64,000 nucleotides of DNA. Origin: an uncultured Lachnospiraceae bacterium (lineage in GTDB: Bacteria; Bacillota; Clostridia; Lachnospirales; Lachnospiraceae). The translations under genes were made by a program, and so were the position numbers. The stretch lies in contig CAKRJH010000003.1 in assembly GCA_934351255.1 (NCBI GenBank), positions 120,588 to 184,587 on the forward strand. Direction: 5' to 3'. This document shows positions 29,655-37,810 of this stretch, piece after piece; the first letter of the stretch is position 1; each line of letters starts with the position of its first letter. The notes under the pieces are model-generated. The model saw nothing but the letters and a program-made list of their open reading frames with translations, was not told the origin of the DNA and did not search any database.

Positions 29655-31358
29655 TTAACCTCTCAATCCCTGTATATAATCATCTAATTCGCTTATTTTA
29701 TTTACGCATGTTTCATACGTTTCTTTTTGTTTTTCCAAATCAGCAATAAAAGACTCAAGCACCTGCTTTTTTAAGGCAATAGCATCATAATTTTTTTGTT
29801 CTTTCTGCAACGCTGTCTTTTTTGTGAGCGCTTCAATATGCCAAACAACACCACGATAAAAAATTCCCCATAGAATAAAGATTACTACACCTGTGAACAC
29901 ACCATCCATTATGCTTTCTGTAACGCAGATATACAACACCCAAACTATACATGCTATAAATGACAATCTGAAATCATGAGGTTTCGATAATTTCTTTATT
30001 TTAGGTTTCAGTTCGTTCAGTTGCAACTGCAACATTTTAGTTTCTTCCCTTTTCTGGCTAATCTCCGGCGATACATCACTATATCCTGCAATCTGATCTT
30101 GATAATACTTTTTCTCCTCTTCTGCTTCACCTATTTTCAGTCGCTTATTCTGCTCCTGCAGTCTTCTTATATAGTCTTTCCACTCCTCCTGTATCATTTT
30201 CGCCTTATCTGGATTTGCAACAGTGATTGCATGTTGTACCATATTTTGCATCTCAGAAGCCAACTCATTGTCCAAATGGGTTAAACACTCACTTTGTACA
30301 TAGGGTACTCCCCACCATCCACGATAATCTTCCGGATACCTATTTTGCATTTCAACATATAATTCATATGCTTTTTGCGTTTCATTCAGTTTCATAAAAG
30401 TTTCCGCATTGGCTGCTAAACGGTTCACCTCAGATGTTTCTTCATTTGAGAGAATCCCGGTCTTTCTTTTGTTGTTTTGTATGACGTTGTTAACACCCTC
30501 TACCAGATATTCCACATAGCCTATTTTGTTCAGATCAAAAGATTGAAATGCCGAAAATTCCATTGGCATTTCATACGGAGACATATTTTTAAAGCAAGCA
30601 ATCAGTGTTTTGTCTTTATTTTCTTTCTTTAGTTCCAAAAAACGAGACCATTCATTCTTTACCCAGGTAGAATTATAATATTCCGTTTTAGTTCCCAGAA
30701 CAATCATTACCGTTGCACTCATCAATGCAGCATATATGTACGGTTCATACTCTTGTCCAAGCTTACTTTCCAATGATTTTTTTGCAAAAAATGTACGGTA
30801 TCCCGCCTGCTCTAACGAATTATAAATATTATATGCTATCATGCTGTCTTCTGTTGGCTCTCCATTTTCCATCTTATCTTTGTAACAGATAAAGACATCA
30901 TATGGCTTCTCTTCTTTTACAATTTTAATATACTTATTATAAATCTCGTCAATTTTGGTCGCTTCTTCTTGAAAAACATAAGATTCGTATATATCTGCAT
31001 TTTGCAACGCTGCTTTATAATCCGGATCATCAAAAATAGAATGATCCTGTATTCTATGACATGTCGGTTTCCTTTCTCCCCCAATATCATTTACATACTC
31101 AATACCATATCGGCTTAAAACCATTCCCCAATGAGCCGCTGAATCTTTATGATCTTCTCGAAGTAAATCATCAAAAACAGATATTGCACCATCAAAATCC
31201 AGATTTTGTCTTAAAAACGTAGCACGATTAAATAAATTTTCTATTTTGTCCTTATTTTGGGATACAATCATTTTTGAATCACAATACTTGCATGTTGCTA
31301 TTGAAGTACTTTCATCAAAATCGATATTCGCTCCACACACTTCACACTTTAATATCAT
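29655..31358 (-). CDS. zinc-ribbon TIR-domain protein with a coiled-coil region and two C-terminal TM helices
   Basis: N-terminal CEVCGAN...CKYCDS zinc ribbon. TIR core YDVFICYKD ... ALMSATVMIVLGTKTEYYNSTWVKNEWSRFLEL, in which WVKNE corresponds to the catalytic WxxxE. Two TM helices (LSFIACIVWVLYICV, GVVIFILWGIFY) lie near the C-terminus. SD GGGAGGT. Confidence 0.7.
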   Translation of the reverse strand: MILKCEVCGANIDFDESTSIATCKYCDSKMIVSQNKDKIENLFNRATFLRQNLDFDGAISVFDDLLREDHKDSAAHWGMVLSRYGIEYVNDIGGERKPTCHRIQDHSIFDDPDYKAALQNADIYESYVFQEEATKIDEIYNKYIKIVKEEKPYDVFICYKDKMENGEPTEDSMIAYNIYNSLEQAGYRTFFAKKSLESKLGQEYEPYIYAALMSATVMIVLGTKTEYYNSTWVKNEWSRFLELKKENKDKTLIACFKNMSPYEMPMEFSAFQSFDLNKIGYVEYLVEGVNNVIQNNKRKTGILSNEETSEVNRLAANAETFMKLNETQKAYELYVEMQNRYPEDYRGWWGVPYVQSECLTHLDNELASEMQNMVQHAITVANPDKAKMIQEEWKDYIRRLQEQNKRLKIGEAEEEKKYYQDQIAGYSDVSPEISQKREETKMLQLQLNELKPKIKKLSKPHDFRLSFIACIVWVLYICVTESIMDGVFTGVVIFILWGIFYRGVVWHIEALTKKTALQKEQKNYDAIALKKQVLESFIADLEKQKETYETCVNKISELDDYIQGLRG

Positions 31359-31373
31359 CAGTACCTCCCATTA

Positions 31374-32627
31374 TTATAAATCCTTTAATTTTTCTCGTTC
31401 AATTTTGAACTCCTCGTCAGTGTATAACCCTTCCTGCCAAGCCATTTTCAAACGTTTTAACCGTTTCATATACTCTTCATCATCAATATGATGCTTTTCA
31501 TTGCATGTATTTTCTACTGATGTTTTCAAATGAACCATTCCCGGTATATCATCACCATCCTCGTTGCCATCGCTAGGGGTTACATTTATATTTGCACTAT
31601 CCTTCTCTGTAATCGGTGTCATTAGACTACTTCCTTGAATTTCATTTCCAAAACTACTCATTGTCTGGCTAATAAACGGTGCCATCCCCATTCCCATTCC
31701 AACTCCCATCATGGGTGCACTACTTCTTCCAATGCCTTCATTAGCTGCCGCAATATCCATCACCCCAAATCCTCTTCGCTGATGTTCCGTCATATTAAGA
31801 GTTTTATTAGCAATACTTTGAGCGATTGCATCGCGTTTTTTTATTTCCTCATCTGCTATATGCTCCGTAATTCTGACATTTGCATTGATTGCAGCTTCTT
31901 TTATCCGATTTTTTTCTTCCATATTCAAGAAAGTATTTTGGGACCATAAATGTTTATACATTTGATAATTAGGATCAGCATCAGATGCATTGATATTATT
32001 CACGTATAGATCCACCAACGCTATTCCGTATTCAAACATATAACTGGAAATTGCCTTTTTAAGCTGTTCTGCAATTCCCATTGGATTACTCTCAAGATTA
32101 AAAATCGACGTATTTTCTTCTCTTAAAATTGCGGGAAGCCATTGTTTGATGCATGAAATGATGATTCCTTTAAAATATCTCATCATATGTTCCTGATCGA
32201 ATTGTGTTTCCGTCCCAACCAACTTCAATAATATTTTTTTTGAATCCACTACTTTGATACTCATTTCACCGGACGTGCTAATAGAAAATGGCGGCAAATT
32301 CATGCTTGGATCACTATATTTTATATCTCCAACACCCCAATTAATTGCCATTTGCTCCGTCTTGTTTACAAAATATACTTCACAATGAAATGGTGATATT
32401 CCATCACTCGGCAAATTGATCAGTTTGTTTAAAATAGGTATATTTTTAGTCTGTAACTTATATGATCCTGGTTGAAAGATATCTGTCAACTGACCATCTT
32501 TAAAAAAAGCTGCCTCTTGTGTTTCATGTACAATTAAGGTTGAATGAGTATTAAAATCTTCTCCTGGAAACTTCCATACAAATGTTCTATTATTTATTTC
32601 ACCCTTTATTATGTCAAATATTTGCAT
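31374..32627 (-). CDS. SPFH/band-7 domain protein (YdjI-like) with a C-terminal SHOCT-like domain
   Basis: MQIFDIIKGEINNRTFVWKFPGEDFNTHSTLIVHETQEAAFFKDGQLTDIFQPGSYKLQTKNIPILNKL is the YdjI-type SPFH N-terminus. The C-terminal EEYMKRLKRLKMAWQEGLYTDEEFKIEREKL is SHOCT-like. ATG 32627 has SD GGGAGGG. Confidence 0.7.
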   Translation of the reverse strand: MQIFDIIKGEINNRTFVWKFPGEDFNTHSTLIVHETQEAAFFKDGQLTDIFQPGSYKLQTKNIPILNKLINLPSDGISPFHCEVYFVNKTEQMAINWGVGDIKYSDPSMNLPPFSISTSGEMSIKVVDSKKILLKLVGTETQFDQEHMMRYFKGIIISCIKQWLPAILREENTSIFNLESNPMGIAEQLKKAISSYMFEYGIALVDLYVNNINASDADPNYQMYKHLWSQNTFLNMEEKNRIKEAAINANVRITEHIADEEIKKRDAIAQSIANKTLNMTEHQRRGFGVMDIAAANEGIGRSSAPMMGVGMGMGMAPFISQTMSSFGNEIQGSSLMTPITEKDSANINVTPSDGNEDGDDIPGMVHLKTSVENTCNEKHHIDDEEYMKRLKRLKMAWQEGLYTDEEFKIEREKLKDL

Positions 32628-32637
32628 ATGTCCCTCC

Positions 32638-33228
32638 CTAATAGTTTTCACTATCAACAGTTAATTTTTCAATTCTTGATCCATTGATATCATGATTCTC
32701 TGTCATAAATATTGTAATCATCTCAGAATCTGCTTTCGACTCAATAAAGACTTTCCCATCCGCTCCATTCGGATCATTAGCCGTTTCCGATTTAAAACTT
32801 AATGATGCAATAAAATCATCCATTGATGTATACCCATTAAGTTGTAAAAAAAGTTCAATTACCTCTCCTGAATAATCAGAATCTACGATATCCCCAAAAT
32901 TGGATAACTCTACGGTTGTGCTTTTCATTGCTCCTCCACTTCTTTGAGCCAGACAAGAAACAATGTCTGTTGTTATGCTACTTAATATCTCTCTATCCAT
33001 ATACATATTATTCAATTCATCATACTCTTCATTGTCACCATAAATGTCATTATAAAGATTACTATTTATTTGTTGGTTTGCAATGTTTTGTCCTGAATCA
33101 TTGGTTTGAGTAGATCTACGAGATATAATGATTCCTGTTATTACAATTGCAGTGCACAATAAAATTGCTGCTCCTAAAATAGCAAGTACAATAATTTTAA
33201 TATTATTTTTCTCTTTCATTTTTTCCAT
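32638..33228 (-). CDS. membrane-anchored hypothetical protein (N-terminal TM then hydrophilic domain), first gene of the island operon
   Basis: MEKMKEKNNIKIIVLAILGAAILLCTAIVITGIIIS, then an Asn/Asp-rich soluble region. Confidence 0.45.
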   Translation of the reverse strand: MEKMKEKNNIKIIVLAILGAAILLCTAIVITGIIISRRSTQTNDSGQNIANQQINSNLYNDIYGDNEEYDELNNMYMDREILSSITTDIVSCLAQRSGGAMKSTTVELSNFGDIVDSDYSGEVIELFLQLNGYTSMDDFIASLSFKSETANDPNGADGKVFIESKADSEMITIFMTENHDINGSRIEKLTVDSENY

Positions 33229-33343
33229 TTCCTTTCTATTCTTTGTATCTTTATATTTAAAACCACATAATGATTATTATGGTTTTAGAAACAAAAAAAC
33301 TCCCCATAAAAACAATAGGAAGAAAATGAAAAAGCCAAATTAG

Positions 33344-33372
33344 TTGCATAAAACATTTAAAAATGGTATAAT
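33344..33372 (+). promoter_or_regulatory. near-consensus sigma-A promoter (TTGCAT, 17 bp, extended TGgTATAAT) pointing antisense into the integrase gene
   Basis: Read directly from the sequence. No sizeable + strand ORF follows. Confidence 0.4.
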
Positions 33373-33571
33373 TTTACTAATCTGATTCAACAGAATGGAG
33401 TTCGATTTGACACATTCTGACAACGGATTATATGTAATTTTACTTCATGATATAAACTATAGAATGACAAACGTCAAATTATATAAGAGTTTATGTGCGA
33501 AGTAATTTCCAATGATTTTTATCAAATTACATGTGTCTTTGAATTGCAAAGCCTTGTAAATATCGTACTTA

Positions 33572-34471
33572 TCAGCAAAAACACTGCGTTCTATCCATAT
33601 AATAATCATTATGTAGATTTCCATCATCCACAAGCAAATTCATGTTCTCAAGTTGTTTTCGATGTTCATTATAGGATTCTTTAAGATAAATTCTTGTTGT
33701 CTCTATACTACTATGTCCCAAAATATCCGCAAGTTTAGCAATGTCCCTATATAAGGAATAAAATGTTCTTGCAAACAAATGACGCAGATTATGTGGGAAT
33801 ACCTTATCCTGGTCTATTCCGGCATCACTACAAAGCTTTTTCATTTCACGCCATATCCATGTGCGGTCAACTGCATTTCCTCTTGATGTTTGAAACACCA
33901 TGCCTTTCTTTATACTCTGTACTCGAATATAGCACAGCAAACGAACCTGTAAATCTCTGGGAATTAGTACCTGCCGCTCTTTTCCCTTATTATATATAGT
34001 GACCATCCCCTTTTTTACAGACGTAATCGTAATTGCAGATAACTCACTCACTCGAATCCCTGTTGCACATATTGTTTGTATAATCATACCCAGTCGAACT
34101 TTTCCGCTATCCATAGCTGTTTTCACTAACTTCATATATTCCTTCTTTGATAATTCTCTGTTTTCCGGCACAAACACTTCTTTTTGCAATTTAAATGTTT
34201 TGACTCTAAGTTCATACCATCCTAAAAACTCGAAAAAACGATTTGCTGCAACCAAAAAAGAATTAATACTGCTTGTTTTATAATCTGCATTCATACGCAA
34301 ATGTTCTTTATACTGAATCACGAGCATTTTATCCAATTCTCTATTATCCGCAAATTCCACTAACTTTTTTATATCACACATATATTTTTGTATAGTAGCC
34401 TTACTTTTTTCTTGTTCATACAAATATATTTTATAATCTTCTAACATTTTCTCTGTAATAATCTTTTTCAT
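33572..34471 (-). CDS. tyrosine site-specific recombinase/integrase (XerC/XerD-like)
   Basis: Catalytic-motif candidates ATGIRVSEL (R), HNLRH (H-x-x-R) and HSSIETTRIYL (H...Y). ATG 34471 has SD GGAGGT 8 nt upstream. AT-rich like the rest of the island. Confidence 0.8.
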   Translation of the reverse strand: MKKIITEKMLEDYKIYLYEQEKSKATIQKYMCDIKKLVEFADNRELDKMLVIQYKEHLRMNADYKTSSINSFLVAANRFFEFLGWYELRVKTFKLQKEVFVPENRELSKKEYMKLVKTAMDSGKVRLGMIIQTICATGIRVSELSAITITSVKKGMVTIYNKGKERQVLIPRDLQVRLLCYIRVQSIKKGMVFQTSRGNAVDRTWIWREMKKLCSDAGIDQDKVFPHNLRHLFARTFYSLYRDIAKLADILGHSSIETTRIYLKESYNEHRKQLENMNLLVDDGNLHNDYYMDRTQCFC

Positions 34472-34701
34472 AATGTAGTACCTCCAGTCCCCTAAAAATG
34501 GGAAAAAAATAACCATTTGAAACTTAATCCAAATGGCTTATGTAAATTTACTAATATTTTATTAAAAGCAGATAGATATGCAAGTCCATTTTATGAATAA
34601 TAAATACGAAGGAACACTAGCAAGCCTTTAACGTTGTTACTCATCATTTACACCTTCTATACGATAAGAAATCTTTCCACCAATAAGGCCAGACACATTT
34701 C

Positions 34702-34741
34702 ATTTAAAAGTTAGGGGACAATTTCCCTAACTTTTAAATGA
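34702..34741. repeat. perfect 16-bp inverted repeat with an 8-nt spacer (CATTTAAAAGTTAGGG-gacaattt-CCCTAACTTTTAAATG) at the island right boundary
   Basis: Seen in the sequence. It is not followed by a T-run on either strand, so it is not a typical terminator. Confidence 0.5.
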
Positions 34742-34751
34742 AAGCTTATTA

Positions 34752-34790
34752 AAATCACGCACAGTTATTTTATTCTGTGCGTGATTTTTC
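34752..34790. terminator. bidirectional rho-independent terminator (AAAATCACGCACAG-loop-CTGTGCGTGATTTT)
   Basis: 14-bp stem with T/A runs on both sides, 3' of the GH95 gene. Confidence 0.55.
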
Positions 34791-34815
34791 AGCATATTTT
34801 ACCTTATTGCAGAAC

Positions 34816-36945
34816 CTACTCATAAATCACAATCTCACACTTTGTGACAGCTCCGTCTTTCCATTCTAAAAATTTCAGCACCTTGCCGCCACGCAGACAG
34901 AGTCCTTCGACTCTTCCTTCCCGCCACTCCTTCGGAAGCGCCGGAAGCAACCGAATCTCTCCAGCATGGCTTTGCACCAACATTTCTGCAATTCCGGCCG
35001 TCACCCCGAAATTGCCGTCAATCTGAAACGGTGGATGATTGTCAAACAGATTCGGTAATGTCTGCGTTTCCAGAAGAAGGCGCACATGTTCCAGTGCGAG
35101 ATCACCCTCGCCCAGCCTTGCATACATATTGATGATCCAGGCACGACTCCATCCCGAATGACCTCCGCCACCGGATAACCGCCTGTCTATTGTCTTTTTG
35201 GCAGCGTCCATCAGTTCCGGTGTTTTTTCGGCTGTAATCTGACTTCCCGGATACAACGCAAACAACTGGGAAATGTGTCTGTGACCAATCTCTACTTCAT
35301 CGTAATCCTCGTTCCACTCCATGATCTGACCATGTTTTCCGATCCAGATCGGTGCGATCCGTTTCAAAACATCCTGCAATTCCGAAGTTATTCCATCGGA
35401 AATTTCCAGAATTTCTTCCGCCTGAATACACGCCTGAAACAATTCTTTCATAATCTGATTATCCATGGAAGCGCCTTTACAGATCACACCCTTTTGTCCA
35501 TTCGGCAAATGATATTCATTCTCCGGAGACAATGTCGGTACCGTAACCAGATACTCCCCGTCATCTACCAGATAATCCACCAGAAATCTTGCGGCTTCTT
35601 GCATCGCATCGTAATGTCTGCGCAAAAAATCAATGTCCTGCGTAAACAGATACTGCTCCCAGATATGCAGGCACAGCCAGGCTGCGCCCATCACCCAATA
35701 GCTGGCACTCAGGCACACATCCTGTGGCTCGGTATCGCACCAGATGTCTGTATTATGATGCGCCATAAAACCACGACAACCATACATCTCTGCGGCTGTT
35801 TTCCTGCCGTTTGGACGCATCCGTTCGATCATGTCGATCAACGGCTCCTGACACTCTTCCAAATGACAGACCATCGCCGGCCAATAGTTCATCTCCGTAT
35901 TGATATTGATCGTATATTTACCGCCCCAGGCAGGATAATAATCTTCATTCCAGATTCCCTGTAAATTTGCCGGCAACGATCCCGGCCGGCTGCTGGCGAT
36001 CAGAAGATATCTTCCATACTGAAAAAAGCGTACAATATCCTCCTGCCCCGGAATTTCAAGTTTCACACGGTCATATAGACTCTTATAATCTGTAATATGT
36101 TCCTGCAGAAGTTCTTTCCAACTGTATGATGCCACCTTTTCCAAACGGGTTAATACACTGGTCACAGGATCTTTTTCGCGAAATGTCGTATCTGCTGCCA
36201 AAATGAACATCGCCTCATCGGCATCACGTACCATTGTTGTGTTGCCGATCGTCTCTGTCTTGCCACCCCGGCAGATCACCTTAAATCCGGCCGCGATTTC
36301 TACACCGCCTCTTCCTCCGGCCACCGCTTCCATCAACTGAATCTGGCCGGGCTTTGCTGTAATCCGATCCGCAAAGCCATTATAGCTTGGACGACGGCAG
36401 GTCTGCAATTCATAAGGCTTGTCATCCCACGGCGTCATTCCCCTCGCTATCTCACCATGAAAACTCAGGCAGCCCGGCCGGTCTGCCGTCAGATGAATGA
36501 GCAATACATTTTGCGGATAACTGGCGATCACCTGTCTCTGATAATGAACCCCTTTCCAAGCAAAAGACGTTGTCACGACAGCACGCTCCAGATCCAACTC
36601 GCGATGATACTGTGATATGTCAAATTCCGTACCGTTAAATTCTACATACAAGTTTCCTAACGGCTCGTAGTGTCTTTGTTCTTCGGGGATGCCCGATAAC
36701 GCCAAAGCACATAACTCCTGTGCTTCCTTAATCTTACCGTCCATGATCAGCTCACGTATCTGCGGAAGCTTGTCCTTGGCCGAAGGATTCAAACGATTCT
36801 GAGGTCCACCATACCATACACTGTCTTCATTTAGCTGAATCCGTTCCGTACAGGGATTGCCAAAGACCATCCCTCCTAATTTTCCGTTTCCTACCGGCAA
36901 TGCCTCATCCCATTGAGTGGCCGGTTTATCAAACACAATATTCAT
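34816..36945 (-). CDS. glycoside hydrolase family 95 (alpha-L-fucosidase-like)
   Basis: 709 aa. The N-terminus ...[15 protein letters not shown]...[11 protein letters not shown]... is typical of GH95. Confidence 0.75.
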   Translation of the reverse strand: MNIVFDKPATQWDEALPVGNGKLGGMVFGNPCTERIQLNEDSVWYGGPQNRLNPSAKDKLPQIRELIMDGKIKEAQELCALALSGIPEEQRHYEPLGNLYVEFNGTEFDISQYHRELDLERAVVTTSFAWKGVHYQRQVIASYPQNVLLIHLTADRPGCLSFHGEIARGMTPWDDKPYELQTCRRPSYNGFADRITAKPGQIQLMEAVAGGRGGVEIAAGFKVICRGGKTETIGNTTMVRDADEAMFILAADTTFREKDPVTSVLTRLEKVASYSWKELLQEHITDYKSLYDRVKLEIPGQEDIVRFFQYGRYLLIASSRPGSLPANLQGIWNEDYYPAWGGKYTININTEMNYWPAMVCHLEECQEPLIDMIERMRPNGRKTAAEMYGCRGFMAHHNTDIWCDTEPQDVCLSASYWVMGAAWLCLHIWEQYLFTQDIDFLRRHYDAMQEAARFLVDYLVDDGEYLVTVPTLSPENEYHLPNGQKGVICKGASMDNQIMKELFQACIQAEEILEISDGITSELQDVLKRIAPIWIGKHGQIMEWNEDYDEVEIGHRHISQLFALYPGSQITAEKTPELMDAAKKTIDRRLSGGGGHSGWSRAWIINMYARLGEGDLALEHVRLLLETQTLPNLFDNHPPFQIDGNFGVTAGIAEMLVQSHAGEIRLLPALPKEWREGRVEGLCLRGGKVLKFLEWKDGAVTKCEIVIYE

Positions 36946-36961
36946 ATTATTTCCTCACCTT

Positions 36962-37561
36962 TCACGCACTCCGAAACTCACACTCGCCTCTCCGCCCCCG
37001 CTCACACGTCGCGCAGATCCCCTGGAATCCCGCGCCGTCCAGATCCACGCGGCAGATCACGCTCTTGGTCGGTGTCAGTATCCCCGGCTCCCGGTACCGG
37101 ACTCCGGTATGCCCAAGTTTTCCCAGGATCTCCGGGATCTTCTCCAGCGGATACTCCGGCTCTGAGCCCCAGAAATGTACCTTGCCTGGTCTGCATCCGG
37201 TCTCCTGCTCCAGCAGCTCCATCACCTGTTCGTACTGATGCATCAGCACGGCAGACACGACGTGTTCCGTCACAAGCTGCCGCAGGACATGATATTGTCT
37301 GCCATAGCGGTCCAGCAGGACATCCAGTCTGCTTCCGAGCGTGATCACCACATCCGCATAGGCCGGTGTGATATGAAGTTCCATGCCCTCCTGATCCTTG
37401 ATGCAGTTTCGCACGTCGCGGATCACCGAGAGCACCACCTCCTGATCCTGCGGATGGTAGTGATGCTGCTTTGCTATCTGTCCGGCAAACTCACGCGATA
37501 ACAGCAGACTCATATCCGTACGGTAATATTTGATTTTCTCGCAATCCTTTTCTGACTCCAT
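36962..37561 (-). CDS. hypothetical protein with a C-terminal Cys cluster
   Basis: 199-aa ORF. ...ICRVDLDGAGFQGICATCERGRRGECE at the C-terminus. No confident family. Confidence 0.45.
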   Translation of the reverse strand: MESEKDCEKIKYYRTDMSLLLSREFAGQIAKQHHYHPQDQEVVLSVIRDVRNCIKDQEGMELHITPAYADVVITLGSRLDVLLDRYGRQYHVLRQLVTEHVVSAVLMHQYEQVMELLEQETGCRPGKVHFWGSEPEYPLEKIPEILGKLGHTGVRYREPGILTPTKSVICRVDLDGAGFQGICATCERGRRGECEFRSA

Positions 37562-37754
37562 CTCTCACACTCCTCATCGCTTGTCCTGTTTGACCATGTC
37601 TCCCCGGCCCTGTCTCTTCTGATTTTTTCTTATGTTCCTGCTCTATCTGATCATTCTCTTTTGGAAATCTTAACATGGATACCCTGTTTTGTACAGGATA
37701 CAGAACAAAGAGTCGCTTGCGACTCTTTCGCGCTCGAGCGGTGCTGTTTACAGC

Positions 37755-37790
37755 CAAAAAAGGGACCCATGTTTTCCACATGAGTCCCCC
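37755..37790 (-). terminator. rho-independent terminator 3' of the LRR surface-protein gene
   Basis: Minus strand: GGGACTCATG-tggaaaa-CATGGGTCCC followed by TTTTTTGG. Confidence 0.5.
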
Positions 37791-37810
37791 GAAATTCTGT
37801 AAAGCCGATG

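Larger units (their letters stand above)
25398..34800. mobile_element. AT-rich genomic island of about 9.4 kb adjacent to tRNA-Thr, with a tyrosine recombinase at its distal end
   Basis: Base composition drops sharply (long A/T runs) relative to the GC-rich flanks. All island genes are on the minus strand and an integrase-family gene sits at 33572-34471. Boundaries are approximate. No flanking direct repeat was found by eye. Confidence 0.5.

Noticed and set aside
33493-33684. 63-aa + strand ORF downstream of the antisense promoter in the island.
   Set aside because: It lies antisense to the integrase 3' end, has no SD and an implausible sequence. The promoter more likely makes a non-coding antisense RNA.
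37562-37754. Cluster of small hairpins (for example AAAGAGTCGC/GCGACTCTTT) between the LRR gene and the upstream hypothetical gene, considered as an sRNA or riboswitch.
   Set aside because: No conserved riboswitch motif was recognised. The hairpins are explained adequately as terminator or intergenic structure.
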